The notes under the pieces were generated by a model, which worked only from the letters and a program-made list of their open reading frames with translations, was not told where the DNA came from and made no database searches. Positions 27,504 through 39,435 of a DNA stretch of 64,000 nucleotides are shown here, one piece after another (the stretch's first letter is position 1; each line of letters starts with the position of its first letter). Source of the stretch: Octopus sinensis (taxonomy: Eukaryota); the NCBI RefSeq assembly GCF_006345805.1, contig NC_042998.1, positions 620,001 to 684,000 on the forward strand, read 5' to 3'. Made by a program: the position numbers and the translations under genes.

Positions 27504-27929
27504 ACTTTTTCTATTCCTGAGCGTTATACTAATACATCTGTTTGTATTATACACCACCTGTCTTCGTCTTCGTGAACTCTCCCTATGTATATATATATAT
27601 ACATAGTATACGAGTGTGTGTGTGTATTTGTGTTTGTCCCTCACCACAGTTTGACAACTTGTGTTGGTTTGTTTACGTCCCCGTAAGTTAGTAGTTTGAC
27701 AAAAGCGTCTAAAAGAATAAATAAGCTCTAAGATAAGTAGTGAGATCGATTTGTTCAACTAAAACACTTCAAGGCGGTGCTCCAGCATGGCTGCTTTCTA
27801 CTGACTTGCGCACTCTTTTTTTTTCATTTGTAGCATAAACGCACACATACACATGCGCGCGTGCTTATATATGTGCGCATATGTAGGTATAAGTGTGTGT
27901 ATTTGCATGTATGCATATGTAAGCGTGAA

Positions 27930-28255
27930 AGCGCGGGGGTTTAGTGGTTAGCTTATTCGGCCCACGATCGTGAGGTCATGAGTTCAATTTCCAGCGACGC
28001 GCTGTGTCCTTGAGCAAGACACTTTATTTCACATTGTTCCAGTTCACTCAGCTGGCAAAAATGAGTAGTACCTGTATTTCAAAGGGTCAGCCTTGTCACA
28101 CTCTGTGTCCCGCTGAATCTCCCTGAGAACTACGTTAGAAGTACACGTGTCTGTGGAGTGCTCAGCTACTTATACGTTAATTTCATGAGCAAGCAGGCTG
28201 TTCTGTTGATCGGATCAACTGGAACACTCGTCGTCGTAACCAACGAAGTGCCAAT
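27930..28255 (+). mobile_element. Y-head SINE with A-type tail
   Basis: gcgcgggggtttagtggttagc...gagttcaatttcc...gtgtccttgagcaagacactttatttcac...ggaacactcgtcgtcgtaacc. Confidence 0.8.
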
Positions 28256-28369
28256 AAGTAAGTATACCGATCCGTCCCCTCCGCATTTAAAAAATGCCAT
28301 AATTTCTGCTAAACGCTTTAGTATTGGTCGAGCTGAAATGCTAATATTCTTTTCCACTCTAGGTACAAG

Positions 28370-29540
28370 GCCCGAAATGTTTGGGGAGGGGGCTAGTCGA
28401 TTAGATTTACTCCAGTACGCTACTAGTACTTAATTTTTTGACCTCCAAAAGCATGAATGGTAAAGTCGACCTCAGTAGAATTTGAACTCAGAACGTAAAG
28501 AAAGACGAAATAAGTATTTCTATTTCTTTACTACCCACAAGGGGCTAAACACAGAGAGAACAAACAAGGACAGACAAACGGATTAAGTCGATTATATCGA
28601 ATCCAGTACGTAACTGGTACTTATTTAATCGACCCCGAAAGAATGAAAGGTAAAGTCGACCTCGGCGGAATTTGAACTCAGAACGTAGCAGCAGACGAAA
28701 TACCGCTAAGCATTTTGCCCGGCGTGCTAACGTTTCTGCCAGCTCGCCACCTTTTTGAAATGTCAATATTGTTATTAACATGTGTTGAGGAAGGTATTGA
28801 TGTATATAGTGTTAGTGGTGGCGATAGTCGTGATGGCGTCAGTATTCAAATAAATCTTTTAAAAGTTTCTGAATAATTTCTGCAGTATTAACAGTTATAG
28901 AATTATTGGTTATAACGATGATAGTGATGATAAAGATGATGATCAGGATCGGATTAAGAGGAAAGTAGTCGATTACATCGACCCCAGCCTTTCACTGGTA
29001 TTTAATTTATCGACCCCGAAAGGATGAAAGGCAAAGTTAACTTTGGCGGAATTTGAACTCAGAACATAGCGACAGATGAAATGCTGCTAAGCATTTTACC
29101 CGGCGTGTTAACGATTCTGCCAGCCCGCCGCCTAACGAATAATAATAACAATGATGATAATAATAATAATCCTTTCGAATATAGGCACAGGGCCTGAAAT
29201 TTGGGGGAAGGGAATAGTCAATTACATCGACCCCAGTGCGTAACTGGTACTTAATTTATCGACCCCAAAAGGATAAAAGGCAAAGTTGATCTCGACGGAA
29301 TTTGAACTCAGAACGTAGCGACAGACGAAATACTGCTAAGAATTTCGCCCGGTAGGCTAACGATTCTGCCAGCTCGCCGCCTAACAAATAATAGTAATAA
29401 TAATAATAATGATAACAATAATAATAATAATAATCCTTACTCAATTAAGCACAAGATCTCTAATTTTGGGAGAGGGGTCTAGTCGATTGACACCGATCCC
29501 AGAACTCAATTGGTACTTATTTTATCGACCCCGAAAGATG
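28370..29540 (-). mobile_element. Cluster of nested and tandem O1-type SINEs
   Basis: Repeated gagttcaaattccgccgaggtcgactttacctttcattctttcggggtcgat on the minus strand. The same family occurs at about 8900, 13325, 15553, 20390, 20625, 37215, 38315, 43545-44300, 48030, 51020 and 56225. Confidence 0.85.
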
Positions 29541-30083
29541 AAATAATAATAATATTAACAACAACAATAAAGATTCTAAATGAATTGAATATCGTTCTGG
29601 AAGTGCCACCTGACTATCTTACATTTACTTGCTCCTTAATCAGTCCATATTCTATGTATTATTACCTCCCCCCCCTTCTATCGAGCAGACACTCAGCAGC
29701 TAAGCTCAGTGGCCACCAGGCCTCTGGCAGCAGCAGCAGCAGTCAATTTGGGAAGAAGAAGCCAAGTGAAACGCGCAACGAACCTCTATCTCTTGAAGCT
29801 TTCTTTTCGGCTAACAGCAATTATGAAGCCAAATTAGTGATTATATAACGACTGTTTACCACTGTTTTATAATTAAAGAAAAAAAAAAGAAAAAAAGGCA
29901 TTTTTCTTCTTCTTCTTACCCTGCACTTTTCAGTCATTCTTAACTCATCGAATTCCCTCCGCATCATTTTTTTCCTTCCTCTCTCGTCGATTCCTTCTAT
30001 CAGTTTCCCTTGTGATTTCCTGCAATACGTTGCATTTTTTTGTACTCAAACGATGTACATGTAACATGAAACATGTTAAACCA

Positions 30084-30090
30084 TTGTACG

Positions 30091-30134
<44 letters not shown>

Positions 30135-30250
30135 CACACACATACACACACACACACACACACACATACACACACACACGCGCGCGCGCGCGCGCGCACG
30201 CACACACACACACACACACACGCGCGCACACACGCACACACACACACACG

Positions 30251-30288
<38 letters not shown>

Positions 30289-30320
30289 TACACATGCATA
30301 CACACACACACACACACGCA
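30084..30320. repeat. Compound (CA)n/(CG)n microsatellite
   Basis: Direct reading; includes a (CG)8-type Z-DNA-prone core. A similar long degenerate (TG)n tract lies at 34360-34810. Confidence 0.95.
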
Positions 30321-31515
30321 TACACAAAACAATTATTCAAAGCTGCATCTCCGTTTGCTGCTGCTCAGAGTTTCTCGATTCCGTTCCTCAAGCGACAACA
30401 TTGTTCCACACTCCCCAACGATATTAACATCGGTCGCTTAATTCCATTCCTCTTCGGTATGAACACATACCCCCCTCTCTCTCTCTATCTATCTGTCTAT
30501 TTCTCCACATATATTGAAATTGATACTCTTCCCTCACACACACACATATTCGTCCATCCGTCCGTCCGTGTCCATCCACCCACCATCCATGTGTGTTTGT
30601 GTGCGTGTATGAGTGTGTGTGTATTTGTGCGTGTGTCTGCATGTATGTATGCGTGCGTGTGTGTGTGTATGTGTGTGTGTGTGTGTTTACTAGTAGAGGT
30701 ACTCGCGTCTACCCAGTTTTCCAATAAAAGTAACCTAATGCAGTAATCTACTGATTTTGTCATGCATTGCAAAGGAATTGTCTATGGACATAGAATCTAC
30801 TGAAGCAGAATTATCGCAAAGTATTTCTTGGTCACCTGTTAAATCCAAAGCCCTAAGTTAAACGGGATTCTCTCCCCTCTCCCGGTATTATGATGACGGG
30901 ACCAATAATGAAATGGCAAAATGGAACTGATATTTTTTGCCACAAAACCACTCAAAGAATTTTCAATAATTGTTCTTGAGATCTATTGGTGTTCATAGCG
31001 ATGATGATTTCTATCGGAACCATCATGGCTATGAACATCAATAGATTGAAGTGAATTAGATTTAAACATAAAATCAGCTGGTTTCAGATGTATTCTGCAA
31101 ACGAAAGAAGTATATTCAACAACTTTTCATGATGAGATTGTAATATTCAGGATACGAAGCATCATATTTTGATGGGAACTTTCATACTATTCAAAAGCTT
31201 TGGAGGACCCAGGCTATGACCTAATGAAGATTTAGCAGCAATTATAATTAGGTCTAGGTAACATGTCGTGAATTCTCTTGTTGGTTGTTACATAAATAAA
31301 TACGTAATACAGCAATTACTGTCTTGAAGGATTTTGGAGCGCTATTTCTAACATGTAGAGACTCCCACATTCACTCATATAGATATACATATATACAAGC
31401 ATTAAACTGTAAAATGTGATAAAATGATTTGACTACTATTTCTAGATCTTCAACCTCTTGGAAATAAAATGGTTTCTTGACGGCTGCCTCAAAAGATAAC
31501 GTTAAAAATGTAAAC

Positions 31516-31782
31516 GACATTCCTTCGATATAACTCGATAAAATCAAAACATTTTACATCAGGTATTTCCGTGGAAGCAAATGACAGTTCAATTCTGTTT
31601 TCTGCTTGGAAATTTGAGGATTTTACACACACACATGGCACAAATATGCACGGCTTTTTTTTTTTCTTCAAGTTTAAAATGAGACATCGCTGGCATAATT
31701 TCGTTATATCCATACTCCACAACCCACGGAAATACCCCAAGTGAAATGTTTTGATTTTATCGAGTTATATCGAAGGAATGCC
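31516..31782. mobile_element. MITE with about 60-bp TIRs and an 8-bp TSD
   Basis: TIR G(G/A)CATTCCTTCGATATAACTCGATAAAATCAAAACATTT; TSD atgtaaac at 31508-31515 and 31783-31790. Confidence 0.85.
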
Positions 31783-31789
31783 ATGTAAA

Positions 31790-32100
31790 CAAACTGACTC
31801 CATCACACCTTCCAGCCCTTATAATCTCTGTCTCTTTTCATGCATTTTGGTTGACCGATTCGCTGAGCATTTCTGCGAGATCCGACGCGGTAGCTGGACG
31901 TCTGTCTCTCAGCTAGTGAGACTGTCTTTCAGCTTTGTAGACTACACGACACACCGTCTGTTCGTGTTGGCTCGAGTTTACCGCCGCCCCAAATCCAGGC
32001 TTCACCGATTGCCGAAATATATATATTCTCTCTCTAAACTTGCCCCCTTTTTGGTCTCAATTGCCAGTCACATGGCTTCTAGCTCTTACAATAGCTAGTC
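31790..32100 (-). promoter_or_regulatory. Candidate Pol II core promoter (TATA plus Inr) with a CpG/GC-rich upstream region
   Basis: Minus strand TATAAGGG (31823-31816), then TCAGTT (A at 31795) 28 nt downstream. Upstream on the minus strand are ggggcggcgg and several CpGs, in non-repeat-looking DNA. No transcript evidence. Confidence 0.3.
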
Positions 32101-32449
32101 CGCACACATATCGCGCACGCTCACACACGCACACACACATGCACACACACAAGTACACGCAACATTTCCATACTATACACAACTAAACAACACGCACATA
32201 CACCCAAGCTTACCTCATATACACGTCGTAACAACCTAATGTAACAGATACACATGTATATATACATACATACATACATATAACACACAACTGACAAACG
32301 AACATATCGCTGAAGCCAACATTTTATAGGATATATACATGACCACACACACGCACACACACAATATAAGTGATATACACGTCTGCGTTCGCACGCACAC
32401 ATATGCAATGAACTAAAATACATGCACTCGAGTAAGTATTTATATTATA

Positions 32450-32817
32450 CTAGCACTATGACCCCGTAAGGCCGGGTCATAGTGCTAGTGCATGCATATA
32501 CAGCTGCGTGCATGCGCACCTACACGCGAGTACTGTCCAAATCTCCGACCAATCACATACAACTAGCTGGCATTCAATTGGCGTATCAAGTTTCGGTCAT
32601 TTTGATTGGGTTTTGGATAGAAAATTCACAAAAAAGTCACTTCTATTGAGTTTTTAATGGCTTTGCGATGTGACTGGGGAAATGTAAAGATGTGCACGAC
32701 CACCCTTGGACGGTTTTGAATGACCACAGAAAGTGCGAGCCCTCTAACTGAAAAATTGTGGATTTGTATAAAGGATACACACACAGACAGACATTTTGCC
32801 GTTTATATATATAGAGA
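32450..32817 (-). mobile_element. Non-autonomous Helitron (5'-TC...CTAG-3' at an A^T site)
   Basis: On the minus strand it starts TCtctatatatataaacgg and ends gggtcatagtgCTAG followed by T. The terminal hairpin has a 16-bp stem. Confidence 0.8.
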
Positions 32818-32895
32818 TATAGGTAAACCATAATACATACACAACCACCACCACACATACAAAACAACATAACATGTTCATGTGTGTGTGTTTAT

Positions 32896-32941
<46 letters not shown>

Positions 32942-32959
32942 GTGTGTATATACGTGGCA

Positions 32960-33432
32960 TCATATACGTTCTCTGAAATACTCATACTGGTATCCTTTTT
33001 TTTATTGTTTTCTTCTATCCATGTCATTAAAGCTTCTTCCATTTTTTCTTGAATGATATCTCTTGTATATGACGACGACTTGGCAGATAATTTTGTTCCA
33101 AAAGCTACGAATCTTCTAATGACAGCATCATTCTTTTTGATCGTTCTTATCGTAGCTTCGTTCAGGCAGAACGCTCAACCCAAGGACGCTGCACTTTCAC
33201 CCTTACGAAGACAAACCAAAGTATCGATCTTGGCCTCCAAAGAAATTGATGCTCTTTTATTTTTCTTAGATGTATCAAGCAACATTTTGGGGTCGGTTAT
33301 CACTATTACGATCGGAAATTTGACTCGATGCTAACGGCTGCCGCCGTGCGCTGTCTAGTGGGGCGGTTACACGCAGCCAGAGGTAGGTACAGTGCATAGG
33401 TCTCGCCCACACCGGAGAGTGGGGGATCACTA
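32960..33432 (-). pseudogene. Tigger/pogo transposase 5' fragment (CENP-B-type HTH) with left TIR
   Basis: KRASISLEAKIDTLVCLRKGESAASLG*AFCLNEATIRTIKKN...EKMEEALMTWIEENNKKRIP. TIR-like tagtgatccccc at 33432-33421. Confidence 0.8.
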
Positions 33433-33686
33433 TACGGAAAAAATAGATTGGATTCTGTTTTACTTCGCTAAATTGCTACTTAATCATGTTACGTAGAGTT
33501 TCAGCGTTTTGTAAATTATAATTGATTGATGTCAATTAATCGTTTACTTGCCACTTGCAATAAGTTCGGTGGAAACACAAGGACAGATGTTTAAACCGTG
33601 TGGAAGTAAAAAAAATAGTGCAAAAAAAACAATCGGTTCTTTTTGTTGGACTGTGTTATTTCAAAACCGCGCAAAAAGAGAATTGA

Positions 33687-33744
<58 letters not shown>

Positions 33745-33834
33745 TCACTTCTCTTTTTGCACGGTTTTGAAATACCGCAGTTGGCGGTTTTTTTTCCCTC
33801 TGTCTTCCCTTCTCTGGATCTTTCCCTCTCCTAT

Positions 33835-33869
33835 GTTTCCGACGAAGAGTTCCGCTCGAAACGTTAAAC
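33835..33869 (+). ncRNA. Minimal type I HHR motif in a P2 element (33744-33951) ending at (TA)n
   Basis: gttt-CCGACGA-A-GAG ttccg CTC-GAAAC-GTT/-aaac (U4C core variant; H17=U). Confidence 0.55.
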
Positions 33870-33947
33870 CCTCCTTCTTTCCTGAGCGTCCAATAATACT
33901 ATATTTGTTCCACGTCCTCGCGTTTTTTTGTGTTTTCTTGTTTGGAT

Positions 33948-34005
<58 letters not shown>

Positions 34006-34080
34006 CCATATTTTGTGAAATTTGATTTAGTATTTCTAAATTGAATTTTTCCCTGTAAATTTGGAATAATATTCCCTCAT

Positions 34081-34112
<32 letters not shown>

Positions 34113-34199
34113 TCTATAAGAAAAAACACAAAAAACAACAGCGCGAAATTGTGGTACATGTAAAGTATTAGCAGACGCTCAGTGAAGGAAAGAAAGGGT

Positions 34200-34234
34200 G
34201 TTTTACGTTTCGAGCAAAGATCTTCTTCAGAAAC
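34200..34234 (-). ncRNA. Minimal type I HHR motif in a P2 element (about 34115-34320) ending at (TA)n
   Basis: gttt-CTGAAGA-A-GATC ttt GCTC-GAAAC-GTA/-aaac. Intact CUGANGA/GAAA core and GUA triplet, with one stem II mismatch. Confidence 0.7.
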
Positions 34235-35134
34235 AGGAGGACAGAGGAAACTCCAGTAGAAAAGGAAGATGGAGGAAAAAAGTCGCCAACGATTCACATT
34301 TTGAAATGAGCGGCTGGGAATGGGTGAAGAAAAAGTTCTTTGTAAGACAGGACAGCGTAAGAGAAGGAGGTATGTGTGTTTATGTGTGGGTATGTGTGTG
34401 CGCGCAAGTCTGTGTGTGTTTTGTGTGTAGTGTGTGCATGCGTCTGTGTGTGCCTGTGTGTGTGTGTGCGTGCGTGTGTGTATGTGTGTGGGTGTATATG
34501 CATGTGTGTGTATGTGCATGCGTATGTGTATGTAGGTGATGTTGTGTATGTGGTGCGTGTGTATATGAGTGTGCCTGTGTATGTATGTGCGTGTATGTAT
34601 GTGTGTAGGCGTGTGTGTGTATGTGCGTGTATATGTGTGTGTGTACGTGGGGTTGTGTGTGTGGAAGTATATGTGCGTTCTTGTGCGTATATGCGCGTGC
34701 GTATAGTTGTGTGTACATGTGTGCGTGTATGCGTGCGTGTGTGTGTATGTACGTTTGTGTATGTGTGTAAGTGTGGGGTTATGTGTGTTAGGTATGTGTG
34801 CATTCCTGTGCGCACATGACCAGCAGATAGACAGGCAGACTAACAGACACACATTCAAGCAACATTTCATGCAAATACACCAACACGCAGGCTCCATTAT
34901 GTACACACGTAACTCATACATACACATACGTTCTAATTATACATCTAACATACACATGACACGAAAGCGCATACATACACCTGAATATGTAGTTGGTCAA
35001 ATTATTTAAAAATAAAAACAAAGTTAACACGAATCTTCTTTTATGCTCTAGATACAGGACGAAAGACAATGATGAAACCGAGTTTTTCGGTTATTCAGAG
35101 ACAGACAAGGAAGAGTTGACGTGCTGGAGAAGTA

Positions 35135-35698
35135 TTGGGTTGTCCGGAAAGTTCGTGCCGATTTATAGTTGCTTACCTTTCGACTTATTTTAGAACATGG
35201 CTGAGTTCATAAAATAGGATTTGACTACACCTCCATTCAGAGCACAGTTTAAGCTATCTTTTCGTGGTAGAAGATTTGTGTTCCTATAACCTGTGTTAAT
35301 TCTGTAACCCTTTAAAATGGAAGATAAGAAAGTTAATTTTCGGCAATTGATGCTTCAGGAACCAGACAAAAATTGCTGAAGCTCGGCTGGGATGTTACCC
35401 CACCCTCCATATTCACCGGATATTGCTCCTTTGGATTTCCACTTATTCAGGTCTCTGCAGAATAGTCTTAATGGTAAAAATTTCAATTCCTTGGATGATG
35501 TAAAAAGATACCTTGATGAATTCTTTGCCATGAAACCACCTCAATTCTGGGAAGAGGGTATTTTCAAGTTAAAGGAAAGATGGAGACGCATTGTGCAACA
35601 AAATGGTTTATATTTGGTTGATTAACAATATAATGGCAACTATTTATTGACCTTTTTCTTTCCTTTAAAAATCGGCACGAACTTTCCGGACAACCCAA
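35135..35698 (+). mobile_element. Mariner internal-deletion derivative with intact TIRs and TA TSD
   Basis: TIR ttgggttgtccggaaagttcgtgccgattt at both ends, flanked by TA. N-terminal MEDKKVNFRQLML (ATG 35317) is fused to the C-terminus HPPYSPDIAPLDFHLFRSLQNSL...WEEGIFKLKERW. Confidence 0.92.
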
Positions 35699-35928
35699 TA
35701 GGAAGCTATGTATCAATATATCCAGTGAGCATCATCGGATCAGACGCCACTACCCAAATGCTTGTAATATAGTAGAATCTTCTAAAGACACTTAAACGTG
35801 AGGTCGCGGTGTCAAACTGGAGACGAGAAAGACAGACCGTCCAACAGGCTTTAACAAAATTTACGTCTAGCAAATTTACGGACAACTGGTCAAGTTTACT
35901 AACACTGAACATATGTATTACACCCCAA

Positions 35929-35966
<38 letters not shown>

Positions 35967-37869
35967 CCACCCCCACACATGTAGTGACTTGCTGATCGGA
36001 CGAAGTTTCGATGGCAGGATTATTCGCGCCGCGCTCTTCCAGTTCGTATTTGTCGACATCGGTACGTGCCTCTAGGCAAAGGCACTGCTCCAGCATGATC
36101 TCAATCTCAGGCTGAAACTAGTAAAAGAAAAAAGAGACACACACACATATATGTATCAATGGGCATGTATGTGTACGCATATATATATATATACACTCAC
36201 TCACTCACTCACACACTCACTCACTCACTCACTCACACACTCACTCACTCACACACTCACTCACTCATTTACTCACTCACTTATTCACTCATGTGAGTTT
36301 GTGTGTGTGTGTGCTTTCATGCGCGTGTGTACAACTACACACGCTTGTTTTCCATACCAAAACGTGGCTCATGTTGAAGAAAAATAAAAAACACCTCAAA
36401 TTGTGTATTGATGTGCAAAATTTCCATGTGAGGAGACGTTTCATTAATTTTCACATCTGGAAACCATCTATTTAAGAATTTAAAAATTTAATAATTTTAC
36501 TCGTTATTAAAAAGAAAGATGGGAAAACCTAAGAAAACATCGTAAAAATTTAACAGTAAAATAATGAAAATAAAAGTTAAAATATTAAGCAAATATATGG
36601 TTTATAAAAGTGACAGAAACAAACATGTAACATCCATTTACAACCGCCCATTGATAAATTTTAAAGTAAACAAAATAAAATTTGTTCTATAAAAGATTTG
36701 TTAGTGTTGTCATAAAATGGTAAACTTCTGTGTTCTTACTGAATCAGTGAGTCAGATTTAATTCACGAGTTGAATCATTACACCTCATTTACGCCTTGTG
36801 CTTGTGAGTACAGCAGTAAATAGTTACTTCAAGGACTATAAAACCTGTGAGGTCGGCTTGCCCTTGATTAAATGTATGTGAACTTAATGGTTAAAGTCTG
36901 TCATGTGTTGCGATGGATTACTGCTTTCGGCAGCAGGACTAGTGTTCTGTTAGTGTGCGTTACTGACTGATCCTGCAACGGATCGACGTCCCGTTTAAGG
37001 CTTGTGGGGAGTGCTATAATCGCTATCACTTGTACACCATGGAAACTTTGCTTAACTTCAGCCTTATGAGTTCTTAGAGTTCAAGTAAAAGCAATTAAAA
37101 AAATATTCTGGAAAGATAGCTTTTAAAAGTTAAGCTTGAAGCGAAGCAGTCTTTGATATGCTGATCTGTTGTTCATAGCATTACATGAAAATGAAGTTTC
37201 CAAGTTTGTTCTAATAATAATTTCAAATTTTGGCACAAGGCCAGCAATTTCGGGTAAGCGGGTAAGTCGATTACATGGACCCCATTACCCAACTGGTTGG
37301 TGCTTATTTTATCGACCTGGAAGGGATGAGAGGCAAATTTGAACTCAGAATGTAAGGAGTGACGAAATACTGCTACGCATGTTGCTCGGCGTGCTAACGA
37401 TTCTGTCAGCTCGCCGGTTTGTGTTTCTTCTAAATAATATAATAAATTATGTTTTGTTTTTTAAAAAAATGCAACGACACTTTAGCATTTCTGCCATTCC
37501 ACCACTCGATATTGAATCCATATATATTTGATACATATAGAATATAGTTATTGCATAGGAATATCATGCCGCCGTCTATGGCGGTCTTATGTGCTTTGCT
37601 TATGGCAGCCCATCTAAGGTAATGACAAGATATTCATCCTCCTGCGCCTCCAACACATGTTTTCGCATTGGAAGCGGACGTGGCTAACAAGGCCGATACG
37701 ATATAGGCACACCCTGTGGCACTGACGATACTAATACCTGGTCCATGAGTGTCTTTTGTGTAGTTCGCAACGTTCCGAACATTCTTTGCTATGCTCCCGA
37801 CAGGAGTCTACTTTACGATGAACTAACACCCTCTACGTTTCCCTAAATGTCAAAAACTAAAACTAAACC

Positions 37870-38250
37870 TACTGGAAAATTATCCCTCATTTTCTCTAAC
37901 ATCCACGGTTTCCGATTCCAACTCGATCCCACACCTCATTTCTTAGTAACAAACAAAGCATAGTTTCTCTCCGAAACTCAAATCTCTCAATCCCTTTGCT
38001 AATCTTCCCTCACTACACAGGTGTTTGCCCACTGATCCATAAGAAGCAGTTGGCAGAATGAGTGAAACCATCCTCTGAGTATGTCTCTCAACACCTCACA
38101 CACAATTCAACTCACAGCCCTAACGCCACGAAGTGGTTCATTCATAGAATGTGCTGCTCTCTACAAAAATTCATACAAAAATGCAGCCTACAACACTTAG
38201 AGAAAATCACTCACCACTACCAATTTGACGGCCCTTGCCCGGCATTGTAA
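37870..38250 (+). mobile_element. Degenerate LINE APE-endonuclease fragment
   Basis: IFSNIHGF...FLSETQIS resembles the start of an APE domain; heavily decayed. Confidence 0.4.
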
Positions 38251-38662
38251 CTCTTGCAAGATCATCATCTGAACTCAGAACGTAGCGTCGCCTTAACAAC
38301 AACAACAATCTTTCCTACTAAATATTCAGAAGAAATTTTGGAGGATGGGGTAGTCGATTATATTGACTCAGTGCTTGACTGGTACTTATTTTATCGATCC
38401 TGAAATAATCCTGGCATAATCGACTTCGGTGGAAGACGGATGAAATCTCGCCAACCATTTTTTTTTACTGGCGTGTTAGCGGTTCTTTCCGCTTGCAGTC
38501 ATCAGAATTAGAATAAGAACTGTTTCAAATTTTAGCACAATACCAGCAATTTCGGGTGACATGGTAAGAATTATAATAATGAAACGATTGAAAGCCAATC
38601 TTCTTCTTCTAGGTAATACGTAGAAAGAATCAGAGGAAAGTTTGTTATGAAGGCAAATAAAA

Positions 38663-39435
38663 GGATCTTTTCCTTTTGAACGGCAGACAATTTCTAGTTA
38701 ACTAAACACTTTAAAACTTCGTATACTGGTAGAATGTGTCAAAATAAAACATTTTTTTCTCTTGGCTTTCTTGAGAAAACTGTAATTTGTTTGTTTAACG
38801 TAGTTTAATTTTTCGAATTTTAACCAATCCTATGCTTTCTTTTGAGCTAAAATCATTTGCTGCGTCTAAAACTGAGACACTACCCCTCAACCTAACCCTA
38901 ACCCTTTTTTTTTCTTAATTGTTAAATTAATTTAATTGTTACGCGTGTAAAAAAACCGAAAGCAATGGAAAATGATTTTAAACAATTAACAAACGAAATC
39001 ATTCTATAATTTTATACACACGCTTTCCGTAACACACGCTTTCCGTATACGCACGGAAAGCGTGTGTATAAAATTATAGAATGATTTTGTTTGTTAATTG
39101 TTTAAATCATTTTCCATTGCTTTCGGTTTTTTTACACGCGTAACAATTAAATTAATTTAACAATTAAGAAACAAAAAAGGGTTAGGGTTAGCTACAGGAT
39201 GTTGTCTCAGTTTTAGACGCAGCAAAGGATTTTAGTTGAATGGAGGTAATTGATTGGTTAAAATTGCCGAAACTCTCGGATTTTCAGACGAAATATCTTA
39301 CAAACTATAGAATTTTCTCAATAAAGCCAAGAAAAAATGATGTTTTATAAACACATTCTACCAGTATACGAAGTTTAAAAGTGTTTAGTTAACTAGAAAT
39401 TGTGTTGAAATCTGGCCATCAAAAGGAAAAGATCC
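38663..39435. mobile_element. Fold-back non-autonomous DNA transposon, GGATC termini, 8-bp TSD
   Basis: Imperfect inverted repeat over nearly the whole length. TSD aaataaaa at 38655-38662 and 39436-39443. Internal cctaaccctaaccc / gggttagggttag motifs. Superfamily not assigned. Confidence 0.9.

Noticed and set aside
30000-34927. Many long HT/CV/YI-rich ORFs (also at 19280-19592 and 53470-54358)
   Set aside because: Translations of (CA)n, (TG)n and (TA)n microsatellites.
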